Source: Pararhodobacter sp. (GTDB lineage: Bacteria; Pseudomonadota; Alphaproteobacteria; Rhodobacterales; Rhodobacteraceae). From it: a DNA stretch of 64,000 bases. The stretch spans positions 56,034 to 120,033 of the forward strand of contig NZ_JAUCCQ010000003.1 in NCBI RefSeq assembly GCF_034676075.1, given 5' to 3'. The notes below the pieces were generated by a model. That model was not told where the DNA came from and made no database searches. It worked only from the letters and a program-made list of their open reading frames with translations. Numbering within the stretch: the stretch's first letter is position 1; each line of letters begins with the position of its first letter. The translations under genes were made by a program, and so were the position numbers. Shown here piece after piece: positions 9,173-17,988 of the stretch.

Positions 9173-10252
9173 TCAGGCGGCGGTGTCGCGGACGTGGACA
9201 ACGCCTTCGAGAATACGCCGCGCGGTCCGGATCACCGAGACCCGCGTCACTTCTCCCGTCTCGGGGTTCTGCTCGATCTCGATCGGGGTGCTGCCCGAGG
9301 GATGCTCGATCTGCAGCAGGCGCCGCCCCTGCGCATCGGGCGCGGACAGCCGGGCCAGATCATGGGCGACGGTGCCGGGCGTGCAGCAGGCGGCGGCGAT
9401 GCAGACGGCGCCGGTCACCGCCACGGCGGTATGACAGGAATGCGGCATGAAATACCGGGCGCGGATCGTGCCGCCCGCGGCGGGCGCCGAGACCAGGATC
9501 GGCTTCGGGATCACCAGCTGCGACACGTCGCCAAGGCCCATCGCCCGCCCGGCCAGCAGGCGCGCGGCCTCCAGCGCCTCCATGAAGGCGCGGTCGGCAT
9601 CCAGCGCGGCGGGGCTTTCGCCGCCGGTCTTCCCGAAGCTCTGCGCATCGGCCATCATCGCCGCGACCGCCATGTCGATCAGGCTGACCTCATGCCCGGC
9701 GATCCGGTCGCGGGTCTGGCCCGTGGGCAGGAATTTCCCGGTCTTGGACCCGGCCGCATCCAGAAACGCCAGCCGGATCGGCGCGGCGGTGCCGGGGACG
9801 CCGGCAATGGCGGTCGTGCCCTCATAGGTCACGCGGCCGCCGGGGGTTTCCACCGTCGATTCGATCAGTTTGCCGGTGTTGACGTTGTGGATGACCAGTC
9901 GGGTCAGCCCCGGGGTCGCAGGCACCAGCCCCTGTTCGATGGCGAAGGGGCCGACCGCGGCCAGCATGTTCCCGCAATTGGGGGCGGTGTCGACCAGCGG
10001 CTTCTCAACGTTCACTTGGGCAAACAGGTAATCGACATCCGCGCCGGGCACGCTGGCGGGGCCGACGATGGCCACCTTGCTGGTCAGCGGGTTGCCGCCC
10101 CCCACACCGTCGATCTGCAGCGGATGACCCGACCCCAGAGCCGAGATCAGCGCCGCATCGCGCGCGGCACGGTCGGTCGGCAGATCGGCGGATAGGAAGA
10201 CCGGACCCCGCGACGTGCCGCCACGCATCAGAACGCAAGGTATTGTGTGCAT
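9173..10252 (-). CDS. PrpF / 4-oxalomesaconate tautomerase / aconitate-isomerase family protein
   Basis: MHTIPCVLMRGGTSRGPVF start motif. Start moved to ATG 10252, which has a GGGAG RBS, inside ORF 9173..10306. Confidence 0.8.
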   Translation of the reverse strand: MHTIPCVLMRGGTSRGPVFLSADLPTDRAARDAALISALGSGHPLQIDGVGGGNPLTSKVAIVGPASVPGADVDYLFAQVNVEKPLVDTAPNCGNMLAAVGPFAIEQGLVPATPGLTRLVIHNVNTGKLIESTVETPGGRVTYEGTTAIAGVPGTAAPIRLAFLDAAGSKTGKFLPTGQTRDRIAGHEVSLIDMAVAAMMADAQSFGKTGGESPAALDADRAFMEALEAARLLAGRAMGLGDVSQLVIPKPILVSAPAAGGTIRARYFMPHSCHTAVAVTGAVCIAAACCTPGTVAHDLARLSAPDAQGRRLLQIEHPSGSTPIEIEQNPETGEVTRVSVIRTARRILEGVVHVRDTAA

Positions 10253-10318
10253 CGGCTCGCTCCCACTCCCTCGGACCCAGTCCGAACTCGAGGCGATACT
10301 TGCCATCTGCCGTCTTTT

Positions 10319-10340
10319 GTGTGAAATGCATTTTTTACAC
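10319..10340. promoter_or_regulatory. palindromic LysR-box-like element in the divergent prpF-like/lysR region
   Basis: GTGTGAAATGCATTTTTTACAC, with GTGT/ACAC arms around the perfect palindrome AAATGCATTT. Confidence 0.4.
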
Positions 10341-10353
10341 CCACTAATGCGCT

Positions 10354-11253
10354 ATGCACATGAATATTGACCTCGATGACCTCCGCGCCTTCGTCGCCAC
10401 CGCCGAGATGCGCAATTTCGGCGCCGCGGCGGACAGTATCCACCTGTCGCAACCCGCCCTCACCCGGCGCATCCAGAAGCTGGAATCCGTGCTGGGGGTG
10501 ACGCTGCTGGACCGCACCACGCGGCGGGTCGAGCTGACGGCGGTCGGGCGCGACTTCCTGGGCCGGGCGCGGCGCCTGCTGGACGATTTCGAGACCTCGC
10601 TGCTGTCGGTGAAAGAGATCGCCGAGCGTCGCTCGGGCCTCGTCAGCATCGCCTGCATCCCGACGGCGGCTTATTACTTCCTGCCCGACGTGGTGCGGGC
10701 CTTCAACACCGCCTATCCCGCGATCCGCATCCGCATCGTCGACAGCGGCGCCAACGAGGTGCTGCAGAGCGTCCTGAACCGCGAGGTCGATTTCGGCATC
10801 ACCCTGCTGGGCGCGGACGATCCCGATGTCCTCTTCGCGCCGCTGGTCGAGGAGCCCTTCATGCTGGCCTGCCGCAAGGACCACGAGCTGGCGCAGCGCA
10901 GCGAGATCTCCTGGGCCGATCTGGCCGAGCACCGGTTCATCACCGTCGGCCGGTCCAGCGGCAACCGGCTGATCGTCGATCTGGGGCTGGGGCGGGCGGG
11001 GATCCGGTCGAAATGGTTCTACGAGGTGCAGCACCTCTCGACCTCGCTGGGCCTGGTCGAAGCAGGCCTCGGCATCGCCGCCCTCCCCCGCATGTCGCTG
11101 CCCAGCGGCGACCACCCGACCATCGCCAGCCGTCCCTTGATCGACCCGGTGGTCACCCGGACGGTAGGATTGGTACGTCGCTTGGGTGTTACGTTATCGC
11201 CGTCAGCGGAGCGGTTTTACGGGATGATGATGGATCGTTGGAAGGACCGGTGA
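10354..11253 (+). CDS. LysR family transcriptional regulator
   Basis: NIDLDDLRAFVATAEMRNFGAAADSIHLSQPALTRRIQKLE HTH plus a LysR substrate-binding domain. Confidence 0.9.
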   Translation: MHMNIDLDDLRAFVATAEMRNFGAAADSIHLSQPALTRRIQKLESVLGVTLLDRTTRRVELTAVGRDFLGRARRLLDDFETSLLSVKEIAERRSGLVSIACIPTAAYYFLPDVVRAFNTAYPAIRIRIVDSGANEVLQSVLNREVDFGITLLGADDPDVLFAPLVEEPFMLACRKDHELAQRSEISWADLAEHRFITVGRSSGNRLIVDLGLGRAGIRSKWFYEVQHLSTSLGLVEAGLGIAALPRMSLPSGDHPTIASRPLIDPVVTRTVGLVRRLGVTLSPSAERFYGMMMDRWKDR

Positions 11254-11570
11254 GGGGTTGGGTGGGTTGATGGCGCTGGTGACCTGCCACTGAGCTTTCA
11301 TCCAACTGCGGCTTGAGCCCGGTTGGTGTTTACGCTTCCCGCTTATCTACCAAAGAAGGCGCGGGCGCTATAGCTGTTGAATCTCAACATGTGAAAGAGG
11401 TCGTTCCAAAGTATTGAGCCGGCCACCCAATGGTTGTTATCGAAGCACCGCCAGGTTGCAGATGCATATCGCCCCCCAGAACCAAAGTCTGGGGCGTCAT
11501 TGACGATTGACCTTCGCTTCTCCACAACCGAAGCTCGCAAAGCCCGCCGCAGGACACAAAGCCAGATCTC

Positions 11571-12236
11571 ATGACCAATGCTTGGTTCGTCAACGGTATC
11601 CAGACCACGCTGGGGGCGAAGAATGTCACCATGATCGGCCTTGATCCTGAGGACAAGCGGGGAAAATCCGAGGATGACATCAAAGCTGTCGCTCGTCGGT
11701 ACCTCATGGGCACCTACGCCTTGCAGGATGGGTATCGCGTTGACCATGACGGAATGGAGGCCGTTTTCCGCTGGGGCACAGGTACCAAGGTCCCCGAAGG
11801 CGATACGCCGCCACCCTTCATGAGCATGAACTCGATCCCCGGGGTGAGTGCCGAGACCAAAGCGCTGCTGGAACAGTTCGACCTGGGTGAGACGTATTTC
11901 CGACCGATCCGCATTCTGGATCGGAACCGGAAATACGAACTGTGGGACCAGGATTATTTTGTGCTCAATGTCTGCAATCGGCGGCGATGGGTTGATATGA
12001 GCAACCCAGATCTGCCAGCGTTCAGGCCGCGTCCGACACCAAATACCAACCCGCCAGCTTACCGAATTGGAAATCCGGAGAAAATCACTGTCAGTGCCGA
12101 GGCATTGAATGGCCCGGACCTGTGGAAAGACATCTGCGTGAAGGATTCCCTGTTCGTATCTCCACGCCTCGCAAAAGCGCTCAAGGCCGCCCAGCTGGAC
12201 AAGGGCTGGCGACTGAAGAAGACGCTGGCGGCGTAG
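11571..12236 (+). CDS. Imm11 (DUF1629)-like polymorphic-toxin immunity protein, apparently orphan
   Basis: Pattern matches Imm11: VSAETKALLEQFDLGETYFRPIRIL, YFVLNVCNRRRWVDMSN, and C-terminal DLWKD...SLFVSPRLAKALKAAQLDKGWRL. The local DNA is visibly less GC-rich than its flanks. Confidence 0.6.
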   Translation: MTNAWFVNGIQTTLGAKNVTMIGLDPEDKRGKSEDDIKAVARRYLMGTYALQDGYRVDHDGMEAVFRWGTGTKVPEGDTPPPFMSMNSIPGVSAETKALLEQFDLGETYFRPIRILDRNRKYELWDQDYFVLNVCNRRRWVDMSNPDLPAFRPRPTPNTNPPAYRIGNPEKITVSAEALNGPDLWKDICVKDSLFVSPRLAKALKAAQLDKGWRLKKTLAA

Positions 12237-12329
12237 GAGACCACGCCGTGCCCCCGGTCATGGGCCGCCGGCACCTTGGAGGGCGCGCGTCCGCTGCAGT
12301 GTTCACCGAAGCGGACCGAGGAAGGCGTC

Positions 12330-12730
12330 ACGGCCAGCATAGCCCGTAAACCTTTGAGCGCCGAAGTTGTTTGCCGACAGCGCCTTGAAGCAGGAGGCGC
12401 ATCTGGTCGACTACCGGGATCGGCTTCCAGATTGACACCGAGAAGACGCGCCAACACGACCGAAGAAATGCCTTTGCTGGATGTGAGCACGAGAAACATG
12501 GCGCAGATCCACAGACGCAAGTCGAGGTTCGTGGCGTGCATCGGGGTGAGCGTGGTGATCGTGAACTGGAGACGGCAATCACGGCACTGGTACAGCCCTT
12601 GACGGCAAGTCCGGCCCCGCAGCGCCGAGGAAGCCACCGACCCACAATGCGGGCAGTGCCGGCCGGCCATATGAGGCCCTCCATGAACCGTCGTAAGTGC
12701 AACTCGCTCGGCATCCGCCTCCAGATGCCA
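12330..12730 (-). pseudogene. IS1595-family (ISXO2-like) transposase N-terminal remnant
   Basis: CPHCGS...YQCRDCRLQFTITT...LWICAMFLVLTSSKGISSVVLARLLGV matches the zinc-ribbon/HTH N-terminus. Similarity is lost after about 130 aa, and no DDE domain follows. Confidence 0.65.
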
Positions 12731-12960
12731 GGGATGGACTTCAGTTCGGTGATCATCGTAGCGCTCCATTCGTTCCGATAGCCAAGCGATCTTGGCCCGG
12801 TGCGCGGATCGCAAAAGAGAAAATCCCGAAGACTGCGTGGAATAGGGCGAGGTGGCAACAAAACTATGCCATATCAGCGCCTTGGGTTGGGCTGCTTTTC
12901 CTCGTGGATAAGCGGGTTACGCTTTGGCGCCGCGACTTCAGGCCACCCCGAACCCGATCA

Positions 12961-12976
12961 GGTATTGCATCATACC
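12961..12976. promoter_or_regulatory. inverted repeat GGTAT-N6-ATACC upstream of the intradiol dioxygenase gene
   Basis: GGTATTGCATCATACC lies about 80 nt upstream of ATG 13057. Its polarity is reversed relative to the classical ATAC-N7-GTAT site. Confidence 0.25.
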
Positions 12977-13056
12977 CCGTGTCCGTCTGGTCGGGGTACG
13001 CCCCATCGTGCAAGCCTTCGCGCGCATCACGCACCGAAATTCCGGAGGAGGAACTC

Positions 13057-13932
13057 ATGCGCACAATGACCGTCGACACCGTGACCGATACCGTCATCGC
13101 ATCCCTGGGGCGCCACGACACGATCTCGGCCCGCCAGCGCGAGATCATGGAGGCTCTGATCACGCATCTGCACGGCTTTTGCAAAGACGTGAAGCTGACC
13201 CATGGCGAGTTTCTGCAGGCCTGCGATTTCCTCGCCCGAGCCGGGCAGATCTGCTCGGACAAGCGGCAAGAATTCATCCTTCTGGGCGACATCCTCGGGG
13301 TCGAGGTGCTGGTCGACATGCTGTCGAACCCGGTCGAAGGCCCCGAGACGGTCTCGACCGTTCTTGGCCCCTTCTTCCGTCAGAACGCGCCGATCCTGCC
13401 CAAGGGCGCCTCGACCGTACAGGCCGCGTTTGACGGGCAGGAAACCGTGCTGGTCGAAGGTCATGTCCGCGACACCGAGGGGCGCCCGGTCGCCGGGGCC
13501 ATCATCGACGTCTGGGAAGACGCACCGAACGGGCTTTACGAGAACCACGATCCGAACCAGCCCGACTACAACCTGCGCGGCCGTTTCGAGACGGACGCTC
13601 AGGGGCATTACGCCTTCCAGGCGATCCGGCCGGTCCCCTACCCGATCCCCGGCGACGAGACCGCAGGCGAACTGATCCGCTACATGGGCCATCACTGCAT
13701 GCGCCCCGGGCACCTGCACATGATGGTCACCCGCGAGGGCTTCCGCCCGCTGATCTCGCAAATCTACGATTCGAGCAGCGCGCATCTCGACGAGGATTCG
13801 GTCTTTGCCGTCAAGGAAGAGCTGATCGGCGAGTTCCGAAAGGCTCCGGCCGGTGCAGAAACCGACCTGCTTCTCACCTTCGACTTCGTCCTGCCGCGCG
13901 CCGCCAACGCCGTCGGTGTGGCTGCCGAGTGA
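13057..13932 (+). CDS. catA: intradiol ring-cleavage dioxygenase (catechol / hydroxyquinol 1,2-dioxygenase type)
   Basis: GGAGGAGG RBS. N-terminal helical dioxygenase domain. Motifs GPFF, YNLRGRF.TD..G.Y.F..IRP.PYPIP and GHHCMRPGHLHMMV supply the Fe ligands. Confidence 0.85.
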   Translation: MRTMTVDTVTDTVIASLGRHDTISARQREIMEALITHLHGFCKDVKLTHGEFLQACDFLARAGQICSDKRQEFILLGDILGVEVLVDMLSNPVEGPETVSTVLGPFFRQNAPILPKGASTVQAAFDGQETVLVEGHVRDTEGRPVAGAIIDVWEDAPNGLYENHDPNQPDYNLRGRFETDAQGHYAFQAIRPVPYPIPGDETAGELIRYMGHHCMRPGHLHMMVTREGFRPLISQIYDSSSAHLDEDSVFAVKEELIGEFRKAPAGAETDLLLTFDFVLPRAANAVGVAAE

Positions 13933-14053
13933 CCTGAAAGACAGCCGCGCGCCACGCTCTCGGGCGTCGCGCGCGGTCCGACACCACCCGCCCCAGCCAG
14001 CGCTTCGCTGAGGACGGGGCCCGGGCCCGACCAGCAGACCGAAAGACCCCGTC

Positions 14054-15217
14054 ATGAACACGCCCCAAACCCTCGACCGCACAGACGCGCAAGCGCTGCC
14101 CGCGCGGCGGATCGTTGCCATCGAGACGGCGATTGTCGACGTGCCGACCTGGCGTCGGCACCGCCTGTCAAACACCGAGATCAGCGTGCAATCCTGCGTC
14201 ATCGTGCGGGCGGTCCTGAGCTGCGGCGCCGAGGGCTGGGGCGAGGCCGCGACGCTCGGCGGTCCCCGCTGGGCCGAGGAAAGCGTCGAGGCGATCAAGG
14301 CCAATATCGACACCTATATCGCCCCCGCGATCCTGGGCGCCGATGCCCTGTCGTTCGAAGCCAACGCGCTGAAGATGGCCAAGGCGGCAACCCGCAACGC
14401 CTCGGCCCGGGGGGCAGTTGAGGCCGCGCTCCTCGATGCCGCCGGCCATTCGTTGGGCCTGCCAGTCACCGCTTTCCTCGGCGGCCGGGTGCGCGAGCAT
14501 ATGGAGGTCCTCTGGGCGCTGGCCTCGGGCGATGCCGAGCAGGAGATCGAGGAAGCCCGGCGCAAGCTGGAGGCCCGCGAACACCGGCGCTTCAAGATCA
14601 AGCTGGGGTTCCACCCGCCGGCCGAGGACGTGGCCCGGGTTGCCCGCATCGCCGAGGCGCTCCCCGGCTGCGAGATCGTCTGCGACGTCAACCAGGCCTG
14701 GACCGAGGCCACCGCCATCCGCTTCCTGCCCCGGCTGGCCGAGATCGGCGTCGTGCTGATCGAACAGCCGCTGAAGCCCGGCCATCAGGCGGCGACGGCG
14801 CGGATGGCCGCCCGCAGCCCGATCCCCTTCATGGTCGACGAGGCCGCCTTCACCGGCCCCGAGATTGCCGCCAACGCCGCCGCCGCCACCGGCAGTGTCT
14901 ATTCGCTGAAACTGGTGAAAAGCGGCGGGCTGCTGGAGATGAAGCGCGCTGCGGCGATTGCCGCGGCGATGGGGATGGAGCTCTATGGCGGCTGCCTCCT
15001 GGAAGGCGCCATCGGCACCGCCGCGCATCTCGCCGTCTTCGCCTCGTTGCCCGCGCTGGAATGGGGGTGCGAGCATTTCGGTCCGCGCATCGCCAAACGT
15101 GACCTGACCCATGGCGAGATCGTCTTCCGCGACTTCCAGATTCACTGCCCGACCGGGCCGGGATTGGGGATCAGCATTGACCACGACGCCCTGCGCGACG
15201 TGACGCGGAAAGCTTGA
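14054..15217 (+). CDS. catB: muconate cycloisomerase (mandelate racemase/muconate lactonizing enzyme family)
   Basis: Enolase-superfamily pattern FKIKLG, VCDVNQAW and LIEQPL. Lies adjacent to the intradiol dioxygenase. Confidence 0.85.
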   Translation: MNTPQTLDRTDAQALPARRIVAIETAIVDVPTWRRHRLSNTEISVQSCVIVRAVLSCGAEGWGEAATLGGPRWAEESVEAIKANIDTYIAPAILGADALSFEANALKMAKAATRNASARGAVEAALLDAAGHSLGLPVTAFLGGRVREHMEVLWALASGDAEQEIEEARRKLEAREHRRFKIKLGFHPPAEDVARVARIAEALPGCEIVCDVNQAWTEATAIRFLPRLAEIGVVLIEQPLKPGHQAATARMAARSPIPFMVDEAAFTGPEIAANAAAATGSVYSLKLVKSGGLLEMKRAAAIAAAMGMELYGGCLLEGAIGTAAHLAVFASLPALEWGCEHFGPRIAKRDLTHGEIVFRDFQIHCPTGPGLGISIDHDALRDVTRKA

Positions 15218-15219
15218 CC

Positions 15220-15855
15220 ATGCCGCTACTTCACTGGTCCCCGCGCTCTCCCTATGTCCGCAAGACGATGATCGCCCTGCAGGAAAAGGGCCTGTCCGAC
15301 CAGGTACGGACGGTGCGGACCGGCGCCGATCCGATGATCCCGCACCCGGGGCTGATGGCGGTCAATCCGCTTTCCAAGATCCCCACGCTGGAACTGGAGG
15401 ACGGCCGCGTCCTGATCGACAGCCATGTCATTTGCCGTTGGGCCGACCGCACCGGCGGCGAAGGCCCGCGCCTGTTCCCCGAGGGCGAGGCGGGCCTTCT
15501 GGCTGAACGCGACGAGGCGCTTGGTGCCGGGCTCATGGACATCGCCCTCAACTGGCTGATAGAGGGCCGGCTCAGGGACGCGCCGCAACGATCTGAGGCG
15601 ATGCTGGCCGTCTGGCAGACCAAGACTGTCGCGGTGCTGGACTGGCTGGAGACCCTTGCGCCCAGCCTCGCGGCGCGGCCCTTCGACATCGGCCACCTGA
15701 CCATCGGCACCGCGCTGATGTATCTGGACTTTCGCTTCGCTGCCGAGGAATGGCGCAAGCACCGCCCGGCGCTGGCCGAGTGGCATGCAGGCTTCCTTGC
15801 CCGTCCTAGCGTCCGGCGCGAGCCCTTTCAGGATGACCCCCGCCCCGCATCTTGA
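15220..15855 (+). CDS. glutathione S-transferase family protein
   Basis: SPYVRKTMIALQEKGL...NPLSKIPTLELEDGRVLIDSHVI thioredoxin-like N-domain. ATG 15220 follows the catB stop directly. Confidence 0.8.
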   Translation: MPLLHWSPRSPYVRKTMIALQEKGLSDQVRTVRTGADPMIPHPGLMAVNPLSKIPTLELEDGRVLIDSHVICRWADRTGGEGPRLFPEGEAGLLAERDEALGAGLMDIALNWLIEGRLRDAPQRSEAMLAVWQTKTVAVLDWLETLAPSLAARPFDIGHLTIGTALMYLDFRFAAEEWRKHRPALAEWHAGFLARPSVRREPFQDDPRPAS

Positions 15856-16745
15856 GCCGCCAGGCTTCGGGCAAAGCGCCGCGTCAGGTCGAGGAAATGC
15901 ACCACATGCGGCGACCGGTTGTCGAGGCGTGACAGCACCGACAGCCCAGTCCCGGGATTGAACCCCTGATAGGGCCGGTAGACCACACCCGGCCGTTGGG
16001 TCTGCGCCACCGATTGCGGCACGACCGACAGGCCCGCGCCGACCGACACCAGCGAGATTGCGCTCTGAAAATCCTGCGTGAGTTCAAGGCGCTTGGGTTG
16101 AAACCCCTCGCGCTCGCACAGGCCGAGCACGACATCGGCATAGGAAGGGCGCGGCCGACGCGGGTAGAGGATGAAGGTCTGGTCGGCGAGATCGGCCAGT
16201 CTCAGTCCTTCACGCGACGCCAGTGGTGAATCGCTCGTCAGCGCAAGGATCAGATCCTCGCGCACCAGCGTCTCGCGGCGGAATTCGTCGTCCTCCAGAT
16301 CCGGCCGGGCCACTGCGACATCAATGTCGCGCTGAACCAGCGCCCGGTGCAATTCGGCGTTGTTCATGGTCGACAGCGCCAGATCGACCTCCGGATAGGC
16401 GGCACGGTAGCCCTGGATGAGCTGCGGCAGCACCCCATGCGAGGCCGAGCCGACGAAGGCCAGCCGCAGCCTTCCGGCCCGCCCTGCCCCGACCAGCCTC
16501 ACTTCGCGGCTGGCGCTGTCCAGCCGGGCGAGGATCTCGCGCGCATGCTCGTGCAGCAGCTCGCCCGCCTGCGTCAGTCGGATCGCACCGCGCCCGCGGT
16601 CGAAAAGCGTGGCGCCCAGCTCCGCCTCCAGCGCCGCGATCTGCCGCGACAGCGGCGGCTGGGCGATGTCCAGCCGCGCCGCCGCCCGGCCGAAATGCAA
16701 TTCCTCTGCCACGGCGAGGAAATAGCGCAGATGCCTCAGCTCCAT
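15828..16745 (-). CDS. LysR family regulator (CatR/BenM-like)
   Basis: MELRHLRYFLAVAEELHFGRAAARLDIAQPPLSRQIAALE. GGGAGG RBS. The 3' end overlaps the GST gene by 28 nt in convergent orientation. Confidence 0.9.
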   Translation of the reverse strand: MELRHLRYFLAVAEELHFGRAAARLDIAQPPLSRQIAALEAELGATLFDRGRGAIRLTQAGELLHEHAREILARLDSASREVRLVGAGRAGRLRLAFVGSASHGVLPQLIQGYRAAYPEVDLALSTMNNAELHRALVQRDIDVAVARPDLEDDEFRRETLVREDLILALTSDSPLASREGLRLADLADQTFILYPRRPRPSYADVVLGLCEREGFQPKRLELTQDFQSAISLVSVGAGLSVVPQSVAQTQRPGVVYRPYQGFNPGTGLSVLSRLDNRSPHVVHFLDLTRRFARSLAAQDAGRGSS

Positions 16746-16774
16746 GGTTGCCTCCCTGTTCCACGAGCCGCCCG

Positions 16775-16789
16775 ATACCCGCCGGGTAT
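16775..16789. promoter_or_regulatory. ATAC-N7-GTAT LysR (CatR/BenM-type) recognition site
   Basis: ATACCCGCCGGGTAT, with perfect 7-bp arms, in the divergent lysR/pcaD intergenic region. Confidence 0.55.
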
Positions 16790-16864
16790 GATGCAAGACT
16801 GGCGGGCATATTGCACCACCCGCCGCACCCGTGTTCCATGCCCCCTCAGAAGGAAGGAACCAGC

Positions 16865-17644
16865 ATGCTGCCAGTCACCGATCAGGGCCTTGTCCTGCAC
16901 GCCCGCGCCGACGGTCCCGTCGATGCGCCCGCCGTGCTGTTGCTCAACTCGCTTGGCACCGATCTGCGCATGTGGGACGACGTGGTCGAAGACCTTGCCC
17001 GCGACTGGCGCGTCCTGCGCTTCGACAAACCCGGGCATGGTTTGTCGCAGAAGGCCGCGGGCCCCCTCGCCATCGCCGACCTCGGGCGGATGGCACTGGC
17101 GGTGATGACCGCAGCCGGGGTGCCCCGCGTGCATGTGGTGGGCCTGTCGATCGGCGGCCAGATCGCCATGGACATCGCCCGGCGGGCGCCCGAGCGGCTG
17201 GACCGGCTGGTGCTGTCGAACACCGCCGCCAGGATCGGCACCGCCGAGGCCTGGCGGGCGCGGATTGCCGCTGTTGCCGAGACCGGCCTTTACGCCATGG
17301 CGCCCGGGGTCATGGAACGCTGGTTCTCGGCCCGCTGGCGGTCCGAGCATCCGGCCCGATTGGCGCTCTGGCAGACCATGCTCGCGCGGACCGATGCCCA
17401 GGGTTACGCTGCCTGTTGCGAGGCCCTGGCCGCGTCGGACCTGGCTGACGCATGCGCCACGATCACCGCACCAACGCTGGTCATCGCCGGCGCCGAGGAT
17501 GGCGCGACGCCACCCGAGCTGGTGCGCGGCATGGCCGATCTGATCCCCGGCGCCCGGTTCGCGCTGATGGAGGGCGCGGGCCATTTGCCCTGCGTCGAGG
17601 ATGCCGGGGCCTATGCGGCGCTGCTTCGGGCGCATCTGGGATGA
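16865..17644 (+). CDS. pcaD: 3-oxoadipate enol-lactonase (alpha/beta hydrolase)
   Basis: LLLNSLGTDLRMWD, nucleophile elbow GLSIGG, and C-terminal GHLPCVE. Start at ATG 16865 after GAAGGAAG. Confidence 0.8.
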   Translation: MLPVTDQGLVLHARADGPVDAPAVLLLNSLGTDLRMWDDVVEDLARDWRVLRFDKPGHGLSQKAAGPLAIADLGRMALAVMTAAGVPRVHVVGLSIGGQIAMDIARRAPERLDRLVLSNTAARIGTAEAWRARIAAVAETGLYAMAPGVMERWFSARWRSEHPARLALWQTMLARTDAQGYAACCEALAASDLADACATITAPTLVIAGAEDGATPPELVRGMADLIPGARFALMEGAGHLPCVEDAGAYAALLRAHLG

Positions 17645-17670
17645 GCAAGGAGCGGCGTGATCTTGGCACT

Positions 17671-17688
17671 CGACGTATGCAGCATACC
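17671..17688 (+). promoter_or_regulatory. distal copy of the shared operator-like motif upstream of dctP
   Basis: CGACGTATGCAGCATACC matches the 25247-25264 copy at 14 of 17 core positions. Confidence 0.45.
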
Positions 17689-17914
17689 AAAAAAAGCGCG
17701 TCGCGCCGGTCTGCCACCATCGCTGCTCCTCGCCTGTCGCCACGGTATTCCTATCCGTCGTCGGCCCAGCGCGGCGCCTTGAGGAAGGTCCTATTTGGCG
17801 CGCATAATCCTTGCCTTGCTCAGGAAGTGAGCAGACGCTGAATTTCATGACATTCCCCTCCGCGATGCGCTCGACAAGTCAGGCAGGACCAAGAATCATC
17901 GCTTTCATCGCAAT

Positions 17915-17932
17915 TATCGTATACCGTATCCA
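17915..17932 (+). promoter_or_regulatory. proximal copy of the shared operator-like motif upstream of dctP
   Basis: TATCGTATACCGTATCCA lies about 56 nt before ATG 17989. Confidence 0.5.
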
Positions 17933-17988
17933 TAAGTAGCTCAAAGATCAAAACCGCTGCTTCCGCCCTTCAACAGGAGAGACCAACG

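Noticed and set aside
11281-11340. A tRNA-like fragment (reverse complement contains AGCTCAGTGGCAG) as a possible integration-site remnant at the edge of the low-GC islet.
   Set aside because: There is no matching D-stem closure, anticodon arm or T-arm. The resemblance is limited to about 10 nt.
11395-11574. A short open frame whose TGA overlaps the Imm11-like ATG, considered as a toxin gene.
   Set aside because: It has only about 59 codons, poor start options (internal TTG only), weak codon bias and no recognisable toxin motif. It is kept only as a speculative remnant within the islet finding.
17641-17841. A 66-codon ORF (MSKERRDLGTRR...) whose ATG overlaps the pcaD stop as ATGA.
   Set aside because: Its codon usage is atypical for this genome, with many A/T-ending codons. 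The region instead carries two copies of the operator-like motif and looks like a long regulatory leader for dctP.
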